A stretch of DNA of 63,949 bases, the filler included, from Octopus bimaculoides (taxonomy: Eukaryota): the NCBI RefSeq assembly GCF_001194135.2. It is 4 parts of 3 records of this genome, joined end to end, with 100 filler letters (N's around TTAATTAATTAA, not from the genome) between each part and the next. Parts side by side here need not be neighbours in the genome. Positions count along the whole stretch, not along the records: positions 44,827 to 62,182 come from NC_068990.1; positions 62,283 to 63,949 come from NC_068991.1; 2 more parts are not named here. One strand, 5' to 3'. The translations under genes were made by a program, and so were the position numbers. How positions within the stretch are numbered: position 1 is the stretch's first letter; each line of letters opens with the position of its first letter. This document shows, piece by piece, positions 53,226-63,949 of the stretch. Below the pieces are notes generated by a model. That model was not told where the DNA came from, made no database searches, and worked only from the letters and a program-made list of their open reading frames with translations.

Positions 53226-54457
53226 TTTCATTTAGTTTCATTTAGTTTTCGCTGACCAAATCCACTCCTAACTCAGCCCCGGGGATATAGTTGAAGACAC
53301 TTACCTAAGGTCACACACACAAAAGGCCTGATCCGGAAATCATGTGATTGGGAAGCAAACTTCTTACTACAGAGCCACGCCGGCGCCTAAAAAAATATTA
53401 ATAATATAAGTTTGTGGTAAAATCTGTAATGCGGATACTACGCTAGTGAGCTGAAACTTAAAAGAATGTAGTTTACGTGTGTTCACACGTTTATGTATTA
53501 ATGGATATCTATTCCAGCTTATCAATGTGTCGTGTTATTGATTTATCAGCTCAGCTCCTACAGCCATACTCTCGCACCAGCTCAAACCAACAAGTTATTC
53601 ACGTCTGTCACACACAACTTAACAATGCTGCATTAAAATAAAATGAAAGAAGATGCAATAACGAAAATAAAAATAAAAATGAAAATAAAAATAAATTATC
53701 GATAATGTATGAACTTTATTCTGCTGAAGCCAGCCCTGATAGATATAGTAGAGTTGTGATCGATTGATAAATGTCCTGTGATCAGATCATCACAGAGCTG
53801 TGATAGACAGGTTTGAAATGAATAACGAATAAATAAGTGAATAATTACTAGGATACCGGTTTAATATTAGGTTAATACTAACTTTATCATTATATTAATA
53901 TGACCCTTCATACGCACATAAGTACACATTCGTGTACTCATACACATCTGTGAATGTGCGCAACTGTGTTAGTGATTTGCTGTCCATTTCAGGTAGAAGA
54001 TAGCTTATGGATGCGGCATTAGAGTGGATATCTGAGATATAGAGGTATCACAAAATAATGTCTCAATTCATACAATGGGTTCAAATCAACGATAAAGCAT
54101 ATCGCAAATATATTTATTCTTTCAAAAAAGAAATAATAATAATTATTATTATAATAATTGTAACTGTTTGCAATAACATTTTCGTATCTCGAAACCGGTT
54201 CTCTGATTTGTGAGGGAAGAAAGAAATAAAGAAGAAGAAGAAGAAGAAGAAGAAGACGATTTTCAGAAGAGAAAAATGTCTGAAGCGCGGTTTCGACATC
54301 GTCCCTGCTTCTGAATGTTTTACCAGTGGGAAATAAATGAAAATCTGATGGTGCTAGCCCTGTTTGGGAGGGGAGGTAATGTAGAGCTTCCCAACCTAAT
54401 GAACTTATTTATATTATTTACATTTGAGGGAAACTTGTCCTCATCTTGTTCGTTTTT

Positions 54458-54503
54458 AACACAACGCTCCAGCTGATATACTCTCCAGCCTTCATCAGGT
54501 GTC
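54458..54503 (-). ncRNA. Minimal type I hammerhead ribozyme-like motif (degenerate core)
   Basis: GACAC-CUGAUGA-A-GGCUG..CAGCU-GGAG-CGUU-GUGUU. GAAA is mutated to GGAG. Confidence 0.6.
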
Positions 54504-54561
54504 TTGGGGAAATTTCGAACTTGGGTTCTCATTCCTAAGGTATTTTTCGATGTCGTTGTTG

Positions 54562-54595
<34 letters not shown>

Positions 54596-54603
54596 CATTA
54601 TTA

Positions 54604-54674
54604 TTCAGATCACTGCCTGGAATCGAACTCGGAATCTTGGGGTTAGTAGCTCACGCTCTTAACCACTACGCCAT
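54604..54674 (-). promoter_or_regulatory. tRNA-derived head with Pol III A and B boxes
   Basis: TGGCGTAGTGG (A box) and GTTCGATTCC (B box). Confidence 0.75.
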
Positions 54675-54747
54675 AAGCCCGTATGTGTATATCTATGTGT
54701 GCATGTCTGCGTAAATGTATGCGTGCACGCGTGTGCGTGTCTGTGCA

Positions 54748-54951
<204 letters not shown>

Positions 54952-55021
54952 TAATAATAATAATAATAATAACATCGAAAAATACCTTAGGAATGAAAAC
55001 CCAGGTTCGAAATTTCCCCAA

Positions 55022-55067
55022 GACACCTGATGAAGGCTGGAGAGTATATCAGCCGAAGCGTTGTGTT
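55022..55067 (+). ncRNA. Minimal type I hammerhead ribozyme-like motif
   Basis: Stem I GACAC(55022-26)/GUGUU(55063-67); CUGAUGA 55027-33; stem II GGCUG/CAGCC; GAAG in place of GAAA at 55055-58; CGUU as in palindromic stem III (AACGUU). Confidence 0.7.
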
Positions 55068-55730
55068 AAAAACAAACAAGATGAGGACAAGTTTCCGTCA
55101 AATGTAGATAATGTACATAACTCCTCATCTTTCACTGAATGTGGCTTTGAATTATTACGAGGTACACACGTACTCATTGCCCTTCTCTATGCACTTTCTC
55201 AATATGCTTGAGATGATCTTGCACATTGGATTAAGGTACATAAAACCTCCAGGATAAATCTCCGATACTTTGACATGGATTGTTTTCAATTGCTATTTAT
55301 TGTGTCCATTTTTGAAAACAGTTAGTCTTCCTGATCGATACCCACCCAAAAGATTGAAATCACAGGTTTTGAATTTGTCAAACCACTTTTGGCATTTCCG
55401 AATACCCACACAATCAAGACACAGTGCATATATTTTCCCTTGCACATGATGCATTGTTACCCCTTCGAAATTAGTAAAGCATACATCAATGCATTATTGA
55501 ATATGCAGCTCACTAAAGTCCTTGACTTTAATTGGTTGTCACTTAAAGCATATACACACACAGCGCATATCCACATCAATGTTTCGACAATAGCTCTATG
55601 CTAATTGGTTGATAGCAAGGACATCTTCTGTTGACTTCTAAACTATGTGGTATAACGTCACACTGCATATTCGAAAGTACATTATTTTTCGGTATTCCTA
55701 TTTGGTGTAGTTACCATGTTATTTTTCTTA

Positions 55731-56110
55731 TTACTCTTTTACTCTTTTCAGTCATTTGACTGTGTCCATGCTGGAGCACCGCCTTTAATCGAGCAAATCG
55801 ACCCGAGGACTTATTCTTTAACCACTAAGTTACGAGGACGTAAACACACCAGAATCGGTTGTCAAGCGATGTTGGGGGACAAACACAGACACACAAACAC
55901 ACACATACACACACAGACACACACACANNNNNNNNNNNNNNNNNNNNNNNNNNNNNNNNNNNNNNNNNNNNNNNNNNNNNNNNNNNNNNNNNNNNNNNNN
56001 NNNNNNNNNNNNNNNNNNNNNNNNNNNNNNNNNNNNNNNNNNNNNNNNNNNNNNNNNNNNNNNNNNNNNNNNNNNNNNNNNNNNNNNNNNNNNNNNNNNN
56101 NNNNNNNNNN

Positions 56111-56145
<35 letters not shown>

Positions 56146-56299
56146 TACGACGGGCTTCTTTCAGGTTCCGTCTACAAAATCCACTCACAAAGCTTTGGTC
56201 GACCCGAGGCTATAGTAGTAGACACTTGCCCAAGGTGCCACGCAGTGGGACTGAACTCGGAACCATGTGATTGATAAGCAAGCTACTTATCACACAGCC
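55731..56299 (-). mobile_element. Full-length SINE family A (gap in the internal microsatellite)
   Basis: Homologous to 16224-16740. Confidence 0.9.
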
Positions 56300-56639
56300 A
56301 AAAATTGTTAAAATTGTTTAGTATACGCTCATCGCTCATTGAACAGGCCTATACTCAAAAGGGTTCCAAACGTGCCCAGGACTAGTTATCCAAAGTTCCT
56401 CTCCCTTTTTAAGAAAGCAAGATTTGATTCGAGAGTTTTGTTGTGCTAATCCTAGTAAATCAAGGCACCACATAGATTGTTATGGAAACTGATTATTCTA
56501 GGGGGCAAATTAGTGGAAGTTGGTAATTGTAAACTTCATTAAAGAAAATTAATAAAAATGGAAAATACTGGTGATCACTTGTAATCGAAATTGCATCGAC
56601 GAGAGACAGCTATCTCCGTACAGTTTCACACACACACAA

Positions 56640-56722
<83 letters not shown>

Positions 56723-56838
56723 CACAGACACGCAAACACAAGTGCACGCGTACATGTACACAGTCATGCACGCATAGATACATGCGCACAGGCATGAATA
56801 TATAAAAGCGTGTTCTCGTTCTTCGCCACATCACTTAC

Positions 56839-57181
56839 GGACATCGACTCCAGTTCGAGATCACAGTGTCTTTCATTAGAATTTACGTGTTGACGGTCTT
56901 CCACAAGCTGCATGGTTTGCCATCCCACGTTCGGGCTGGTTTTACGAGACGTCACTCGTATTGATGGCCGTTGGTTCACAATTAGCTCGTTCGTCCTTTA
57001 ACAGGCCTTGCTTTTAGTCATTCGGAGTGTCCTCAACACCAACTACCCCACCTGGCTCACCAGGTAAGGATACCCGAAGAGGCAGATGGGGTAATTGGTT
57101 AAATAGCCGACCACCTGACCAGGAAACAGGTTGTACTGGGTTGGTTTCATGGTACTAGCAGCAGGATTTTCCTCACTTCAC
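56839..57181 (-). CDS. Candidate exon carrying start codon(s) of the host gene, with two alternative donors
   Basis: Acceptor tgcgtggttttgtgttgcag|. Donor 1 CTG|GTGAGC (57061) follows MKPTQYNLFPGQVVGYLTNYPICLFGYPYL. Donor 2 TCC|GTAAGT (56839) follows MQLVEDRQHVNSNERHCDLELESMS (context CAAACCATG). Unique, GC-richer sequence. Confidence 0.5.
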
Positions 57182-57535
57182 CTGCAACACAAAACCACGC
57201 ATATACACGCGCAAGCACATATGCACACATACATGCACTCAGGCACACAGATACACAAACACGTACCCATGAACATACAAATCTCTTGATAATTCTCCTG
57301 GTAAAGCACTTCTAACGTTTCCGTGTTCAAAACCACGCACAGCTTGCGAGCACCAATTTTTCAAAATAACTCTAGTGGAGAATTCACTTTGAAGTTCTTC
57401 AGTTGCTTGTTAACGAACACAATCACAACACCGCCAAGAGTAAGCGAAAATGCCCCAGAGCTGGGCAGAATATACTGTAATAAAAATAAGACATACAATA
57501 ATTCTACGCAGCTCAGAAAAAACGAAAACATTTAC

Positions 57536-57620
57536 CTTGACGGTGACCTGTTGCTCAAATCGGAGCTAAACAGCTAGACGTTTATTCCATGTTCACTTGA
57601 AGCAACCAACTACCAACAAA
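57536..57620 (-). other. Candidate upstream non-coding exon
   Basis: Donor CAAG|GTAAAT at 57536/57535, 354 nt upstream of the 57181 acceptor. 5' boundary unknown. Confidence 0.35.
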
Positions 57621-57657
57621 CACCTGGTAAGCAAGCTACTTACCACACAGCCACTCC

Positions 57658-57659
<2 letters not shown>

Positions 57660-57697
<38 letters not shown>

Positions 57698-57790
57698 TAG
57701 ATAGATAGATAGATAGATAGATAGGTAGGTAGGTAGGTAGGTAGATAGATAGATAGATAAATAGATCACTTGCTAGATAGCAAGATAGAT
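57660..57790. repeat. (GATA)/(GACA)/(GGTA)n compound tetranucleotide repeat
   Basis: Read directly. Confidence 0.95.
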
Positions 57791-57887
57791 AGACATGCAG
57801 TTCTGTTTTATATTTAGGGTTTTTCAGTTAATTGTCCCATAATTATATATAACTATTCCTTATTATCATTATTATTGTTAAAACTAA

Positions 57888-58100
57888 GGCGGCGAACTGG
57901 TAGAATCGTTAGTATGTCGGGCAAAATGCTTAGCGGCATTTCGTCCGTCCTTACTTTCTGAGTTCAGAAGCCACCGAGGTCGACTTTGCCTCTCATCCTT
58001 TCAGGATCGATCAAAGAAGGACCAGTTGAGTACCGGGCTTAATGTTACCGAAATATATCCTCCCCCGAACTTGCTGGCCCTAACCAAAATCTGAAATCAT
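57888..58100 (+). mobile_element. SINE family B
   Basis: ggcggcgaactggtagaatcgttag...gaggtcgactttgcc. Confidence 0.88.
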
Positions 58101-60004
58101 TATCATTGTTAAAATGGTGAATATAAAAATGTATTTTTTTCCTGACTATTTTCCATGTAGTTGCAATTCCATAGGCACCGAAGATTATAATCGAAAGCAT
58201 GGTACGTGCTATTATGTTATACGCGCATGCAAGTTACAACCTATGCTTTCTTTTTCTTCTTTTTTTTTATTACAAATGGCATGGTAATACTATAACAGTG
58301 TGCGATTAGTTGCGAAATTTATAGTAACGAATCGCTGGGACAAAAAATAGTTAAAATGCATTTGGGCAAAAAATAAATATTTTCTCGGAAAAGTTCATAC
58401 CTGAAGAGAAAGAACAACTTTTTAATGACATTTTCTTCCCCCCCACTCTCCCGCCCCAAAAGCGGGGGAGACTACATCGCTGTCATGCTGTTGCTAGAGA
58501 TAACAAAATTAAAATCGGTTGGAAAGATATGATACGAATTATATTTGGAGATTAATTTGATGATCCGTATTACGTGTGAGAGATTATGTTGATAAGAAAG
58601 TGCAGTATATTCCATTCTTCGGATTGATATCTTATTGATGGTTGTTGAAGAAAACTAAAAGGACTGCAGATTTCCGTAATAAAACTAGATTAATTAATTG
58701 TTGTGAATAAAGATGCGCAGCTTATGTTCGATGTGCGATGCTCCAGCAAAAGAACGCATAAAACAGGATATATTTTTTCTCTGCCAACCATTTTCGACTT
58801 CAACTGGAAATGGATACTTCAAGCAACAACAACAAAAAAAAAAAGATACTTTTGAAATGATATTTCTTGCTTTTCTGTTATGAAAGATTTGGAATGATGT
58901 TTGGTTTTTTTTTTTTTTAAGAAATATTAACTTAAAACCAGACTCCAGCACTGCTTGAAGCTTGTCAAGTGTTTTGCGAAAATGTAACGAAAACAATAAT
59001 CATGCCAACCATCACCACCGCTATCACCATTATTATTATTATTAATAATAATAATAATAAGATAAACAGGATCTAAAACGTACATTCTTTGAATTGAGGT
59101 CGATAATGAACAAAACCTTTCAAAATATAAATTTATGGTAGCAAATCTTACGATACTAAATACTTCGGTGATTCTTATCTATCAATCTTCTGCGATTATG
59201 AATATCACACAAAAATCAAAAGGTTATCCCCCAAAAATAATTTTATGTGACAACAACGAACTGAAATAGGATATCACCCTTCATCTATAAGATTTTCAGA
59301 TTTCAAGTGCATTAGCATATCTTTCAGATATTTTACCCGAATTGAATGACTTACGAGGTCGTAATCAAATATTTCTTGTTTTAATGGAGGAAATAAATAT
59401 GTTTATAGTAAATCTCAAATTAAAATAGGGAAAAAATGGTACGAAAACATTTTGTGACTTTTGCAGTATCCAGTCTACTTAAAAGAGATTACGGTAATTA
59501 TTTTCGTTATCTTGAACCATCTTTCAAAAAGTGATAACAAAATTCAATTACTTCAATCTAATAAATGAAGATCAGGATTACGAACAGGGGAGAATTCTAT
59601 TTAGTTTTGACGTTAATGATTTGTATGAAGATTTTGTCAACACTAGTACATTTGAAGAACAGTTTTTGAAGTTATCTTTACAGATTTTCTATAGAAATTA
59701 TAGAATAAGTCTATGTAAGCATGTGATTGAAGATATATAAATAGGTAATGGCTGTATATGCATATTTAAAACAGTTTACTGAAGTGAAAAATTGTGTAAA
59801 AATACAATTTAAATAAAAAAAGATTATGAAGAAGAAATATGCAACTGCTGGAAAAGAGGCAATAGAAATGCTAGTTTCTTTTTATACGACATATCTCAGT
59901 GGATCGGATTTCAACCCTAAAAAGTAACAAACAAAATTACTGGCTCCCAAGGCTCGAAGGGCCGGTCGCTTGGTTTCCATGGCGTACGAGTAATTTACAT
60001 TACA

Positions 60005-60315
60005 ATATTCTTTTCTACTCTAGGCCCAAGCGCGAAATTTTGGGGGAGGGGTCCAGTCGATTAGACAGACTCCAGTACGCAACTGGTACCTAATTTATTG
60101 ATCCCGAAAGGATGAAAGGCAAAGTCGACCACGGCGGAATTTGAACTCAGAACGTACAGACGAAATACCGCTAAGCATTTCGCCCGGCGTGCTAACGTTT
60201 CTTATTTCTTATTGACCGCAAGGGGCTAAACACAGAGGGGACAAACAAGGACAGACAAAGGGATTAAGTCGATTACATCGACCCCAGTGTTCAACTGGTA
60301 CTTAATTTATCGACA
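60005..60315 (-). mobile_element. Nested SINEs: truncated family-B copy with Tx1-type tail inserted in the head of a family-B copy with tail A
   Basis: Junction at ~60200: gctaacgtttc|ttatttcttattg...; the uninterrupted head at 53200-53220 reads gctaacgtttctgccagc. Confidence 0.85.
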
Positions 60316-61309
60316 ATATTCTAGAATTTCTTTAACAACTTATTGCAACAAAGGAAAATAATAAACTGACGGATGTTTGTTCATGCTTTACGTTTTTCAT
60401 AACGTTTATGAATTTCCGTAAAATATACGGTACAGAAATAAATTTATTAAATTGATATAATTGTAGAATTACTTGGCCACTCTAAGGAGCAGACACAATT
60501 TTTAAACAGTAATTTATATTTTCTATAATAGATGGTTACAGAGAAGACTAAGCGAAATCATCAAACATCTCGTTTTAGTCAGTCAAAGTTTCCTCCATAT
60601 GGTTGCTTGTAATTTTAATTTGGCGATCAAAAAAAATTTAATAAGATAAAAATGTTTTTGATGAAAAATCTAATAAATTGTATTTACCTTCTTTTATATA
60701 TATATATATATATATATACACTTTTGCAATATTGATGTAGTATATTTAATATATAAGTAAATATAGTAAGGAGTATTTTAATATTAAATTAAGTCTCTAT
60801 CCAAAAGAGTTAATAACAAGTAAATGCGTATGTATAAATACACACGCACGAATACGTATTACTATACAACAGATTCTTTCTGTCTTCAGGAAGGGCTTGA
60901 TGTATTGGTGAACAGTCAACGGCGTTGGAGAGTATAGCGATTAAATTTATAGCTGAGGAAAAAGTTTGCCATGGAGGACTAAGAGCCATCTGAAAAGAGT
61001 TGCCTATGACATGATGATTCGCGCCAGGTTTCAAAATGCCGACATCTTGGATACTGCTCAATGATCTGTGAACACTGCAAAGGCTGTAAAACATATGGAC
61101 AGCTGCAATGTGGACTACAAAGCCCTGACCAGCAAGAAGGGATACAGTAGGCGTTCTGATTGCGTGAACATGCCGTGAGTCAACCCCGCATCATTGAACA
61201 GTGCCTTCGTCTCAATTCAGGCGGCTCTGTGAGAAACTGCTGGAGGTGTAGTGAATCCTTAGCTGGAAAGGGTTGCTGTTTAAAAGCTGTATGTGTGGCA
61301 GCAAACGGA

Positions 61310-61650
61310 TGGTTTAGTGGTTAGGGTGTTGGACTCATAATCGTAAGATTGTGGTTTCGATTCCTGGACCGGGCGAGGCGTTGTGTTCTTGAGCCAAACA
61401 CTTCATTTCACGTTGCTCCAGTTCACTCAGCTGTAGAAATGAGTACCACATGTAGAGGCGCGTCGCTTAGCGGTTCGGGTGTTGGACTCATGATCGTTAG
61501 ATTGTGGTTTCGATTCCTGGACCGGGTGAGGCGGTGTATTCTTGAGCAAAAAATTTCATTTTCCGTTGCTTTAGTCCACTCAGCTGGCCAAAATTCCCCA
61601 CCCGTCCAGGTGGGGAATATATACACCATGAAACTGAGAAACCGGCCCTT
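61310..61650 (+). mobile_element. Two tandem family-C SINEs
   Basis: Head gtgttggactcat.atcgt.agattgtggtttcgattcctggaccggg occurs twice (~61325 and ~61480). Confidence 0.9.
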
Positions 61651-62128
61651 ATGAGCGGGTATGAGTAAAGTTACGAGAGTAACTTATGAGTAAAGTTACG
61701 AGAAGGTAACTTTACTAACTTTTCTTTACCATACTTCGTTGAATTCTTCCCTTCACTCACTGCCTCTCTCTAAACTTTTCTTTCACTCTCACTTCTCTCT
61801 CTATCTCTCTCTCTCTCTTTCTCTCTCCCTTCCAGTCACACTCAACACACATGTAAAGCACGCACGCACGCATGCATGTACAGACACACACACACACAAT
61901 AAAAAAAACACGCGTGTACACACTTTCTCTTCCATTTGTCAGGCGACAATACATAGATAGGATATTTCTAAACACTGCAGTTAGAATTATTGAAATTTTA
62001 TTCATTCGAAAACATCATGAAGTTAATATCCAGTTTCATAAACCATTGATGTTTAGCACATAATTTATTCTTCAACGTTTTTCCATTAAATTTGTTTATA
62101 CTCTTCAGATAGTTAGGCACACGTACGC

Positions 62129-62182
<54 letters not shown>

Positions 62183-62282
62183 NNNNNNNNNNNNNNNNNN
62201 NNNNNNNNNNNNNNNNNNNNNNNNNNTTAATTAATTAANNNNNNNNNNNNNNNNNNNNNNNNNNNNNNNNNNNNNNNNNNNN

Positions 62283-62322
<40 letters not shown>

Positions 62323-62420
62323 GCATACACATACACACACATATATTGTGCATGCATCTGTGTGTATGTGTGTGTGTATGCTGTATATATCTGTATATGG
62401 TTGTACATATGCATGTACAA

Positions 62421-62600
62421 GCGTGGCTGTGTGGTACGAAACTTGCTTTCTAATCACACAGTTCTGGGTTCAGTCCCACAGCGTGACACCTTAGGCACGT
62501 ATCTTTTACTCTAGCTTCGGGCTGGCCAAAGCCTTGTGAGTAGATGTGGTAGACAGAAGCTGAAAGAAGCCCGTCGTATATATGTATTTGTATGTGTGTG
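62421..62600 (+). mobile_element. SINE family A, 5' half
   Basis: ggctgtgtggta...gggttcagtccc...gaaagaagcccgtcgtatata. Confidence 0.85.
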
Positions 62601-63675
62601 TTTTTTAGTGACTATAGTTGTGTGTGCGTGCGTGCGCGTGTTTTCTATCACAGTTATTGGCATTTCTTTACGTATTGCAGTTTCCCGGAGGGAGTTTGTT
62701 GTTACAGTAGTTTCATTGGAGATAGCATCAATTTTATGACTGTACCACCAACACCACCATCAGCAGCAACAGTAGCAGCAGCTGCACACTTACTCCTGAC
62801 ACAACAAATTAGTTTCTAATTTCATTACTTCTTGAAAACGTCCAATAGAGCCACTTCCTAATTCAAGTTCTCAAATCTTTAAAACTTGAACGATAATTCT
62901 TCTCTGGTTTAATTACCGGTAGATTTTGTTGTAGGATTAATTGAGCTAACTGCTATAGTTAAACACTAGTGCATGGAGCTATGCTCATACCGTTTTACGG
63001 TGATGAATTGTAACATAATATGATGCATTCATCAAACTAAACGAATTAAAAAGGTGATGATATCTTCTCAATTCAAACTACTTAACACTTGTGATGAGTC
63101 ATGAAGCTCAAACATCTGTGAAATAGTTTACAGAAACTCAAGTTTTGACTGAACACAAAATTTCTCACCATTACAATATATTTTTAGATTGAATGTGCAT
63201 GAATGTTCCTTTGCTTAAAAACCTCTTACACATCACAGAACCTGAAATACTAACTTATCGCTTAAGTAGTTTCAATCATTTCGCATTAGTTAAGACTACA
63301 TTGCATTCGATTACTAAATTGTTTGGTCTTTTTTCTTGATATCTTTCAGTTTTGAGTGAAGACGAAAAATATTGTAAATCAGTTATGACTACTTGGTTGA
63401 TATTTTGAAAAAAGAACTACCAATGTACAAGCAGAAGGTTTCAAAAAAATGTACATTCAACTGAATGTACACACAGAAGCAGAGTTTTGTAAAGAGGTGA
63501 ATAATCTATCGGATATATAGACAGAAGCAGAGGGTTGTAAATGAGGTACACGTACCATATTGACGTTGTTGTGTATGATCTTTCTGCCCATTGAAATTTA
63601 ACCTTTGATGGTCGGGTTTCGTCCTCGCTCTCCGCCAAAAATCCAGTCTTCGCATATATCTTACACATACATGTA

Positions 63676-63713
<38 letters not shown>

Positions 63714-63716
<3 letters not shown>

Positions 63717-63949
63717 GGAGGTGGCGAACACGTACATCGCGTCCGTCATCTACTACCGCCTGATCGTCGTTCCTTGTCCCGACCCTACCATCACCAAACT
63801 GGAGCGCATCCTCTTCCGCTTCTTGTGGAAAGGAAGCGTTCCGATCCGTTTGCTGCCAACACCCGTTAAAAGGAGGACTGGGCATGCCGTGGTTGATGAT
63901 GCGCAGACACGCGTTGAGACTGCGACATCTCCGGCTCTACGTAGACAAC
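63714..63949 (+). mobile_element. L1/Tx1-like ORF2 fragment (post-RT region), 5'-truncated at (CTAT)n, running off the window
   Basis: LEVANTYIASVIYYRLIVVPCP...LERILFRFLWKG, then after a frameshift CCQHPLKGGLGMPWL. FLW and GGLG.P are L1/Tx1 motifs. GC-rich. Confidence 0.85.

Overview
AT-rich, repeat-dominated eukaryotic scaffold with 13 N-gaps. The SINE families and microsatellite load look like a coleoid cephalopod, probably Octopus; this is recalled pattern, not a database hit. Almost all ORFs in the track are microsatellite or gap artefacts. Supported content: (1) a decayed Gypsy LTR element lacking RT/RNase H (28.1-30.9 kb); (2) a head-to-tail array of L1/Tx1-like units, several carrying only ORF1 (32.3-37.2 kb), plus a Tx1-like ORF2 fragment at the right edge; (3) a nest of R4/Dong-like restriction-endonuclease LINE fragments that each end in (AAT)n (21.4-23.2 kb); (4) RTE and CR1/L2-like LINE fragments; (5) three tRNA-derived SINE families; (6) scattered candidate exons of an unidentified minus-strand host gene. 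The most unusual structure is a ~720-bp foldback at 54.4-55.1 kb. It has two divergent units, each built as tRNA-like Pol III head, (AAT)n, then a Penelope-type minimal hammerhead ribozyme. No prokaryotic features, rRNA or CRISPR arrays are supported. All alignments and folds were done by eye.
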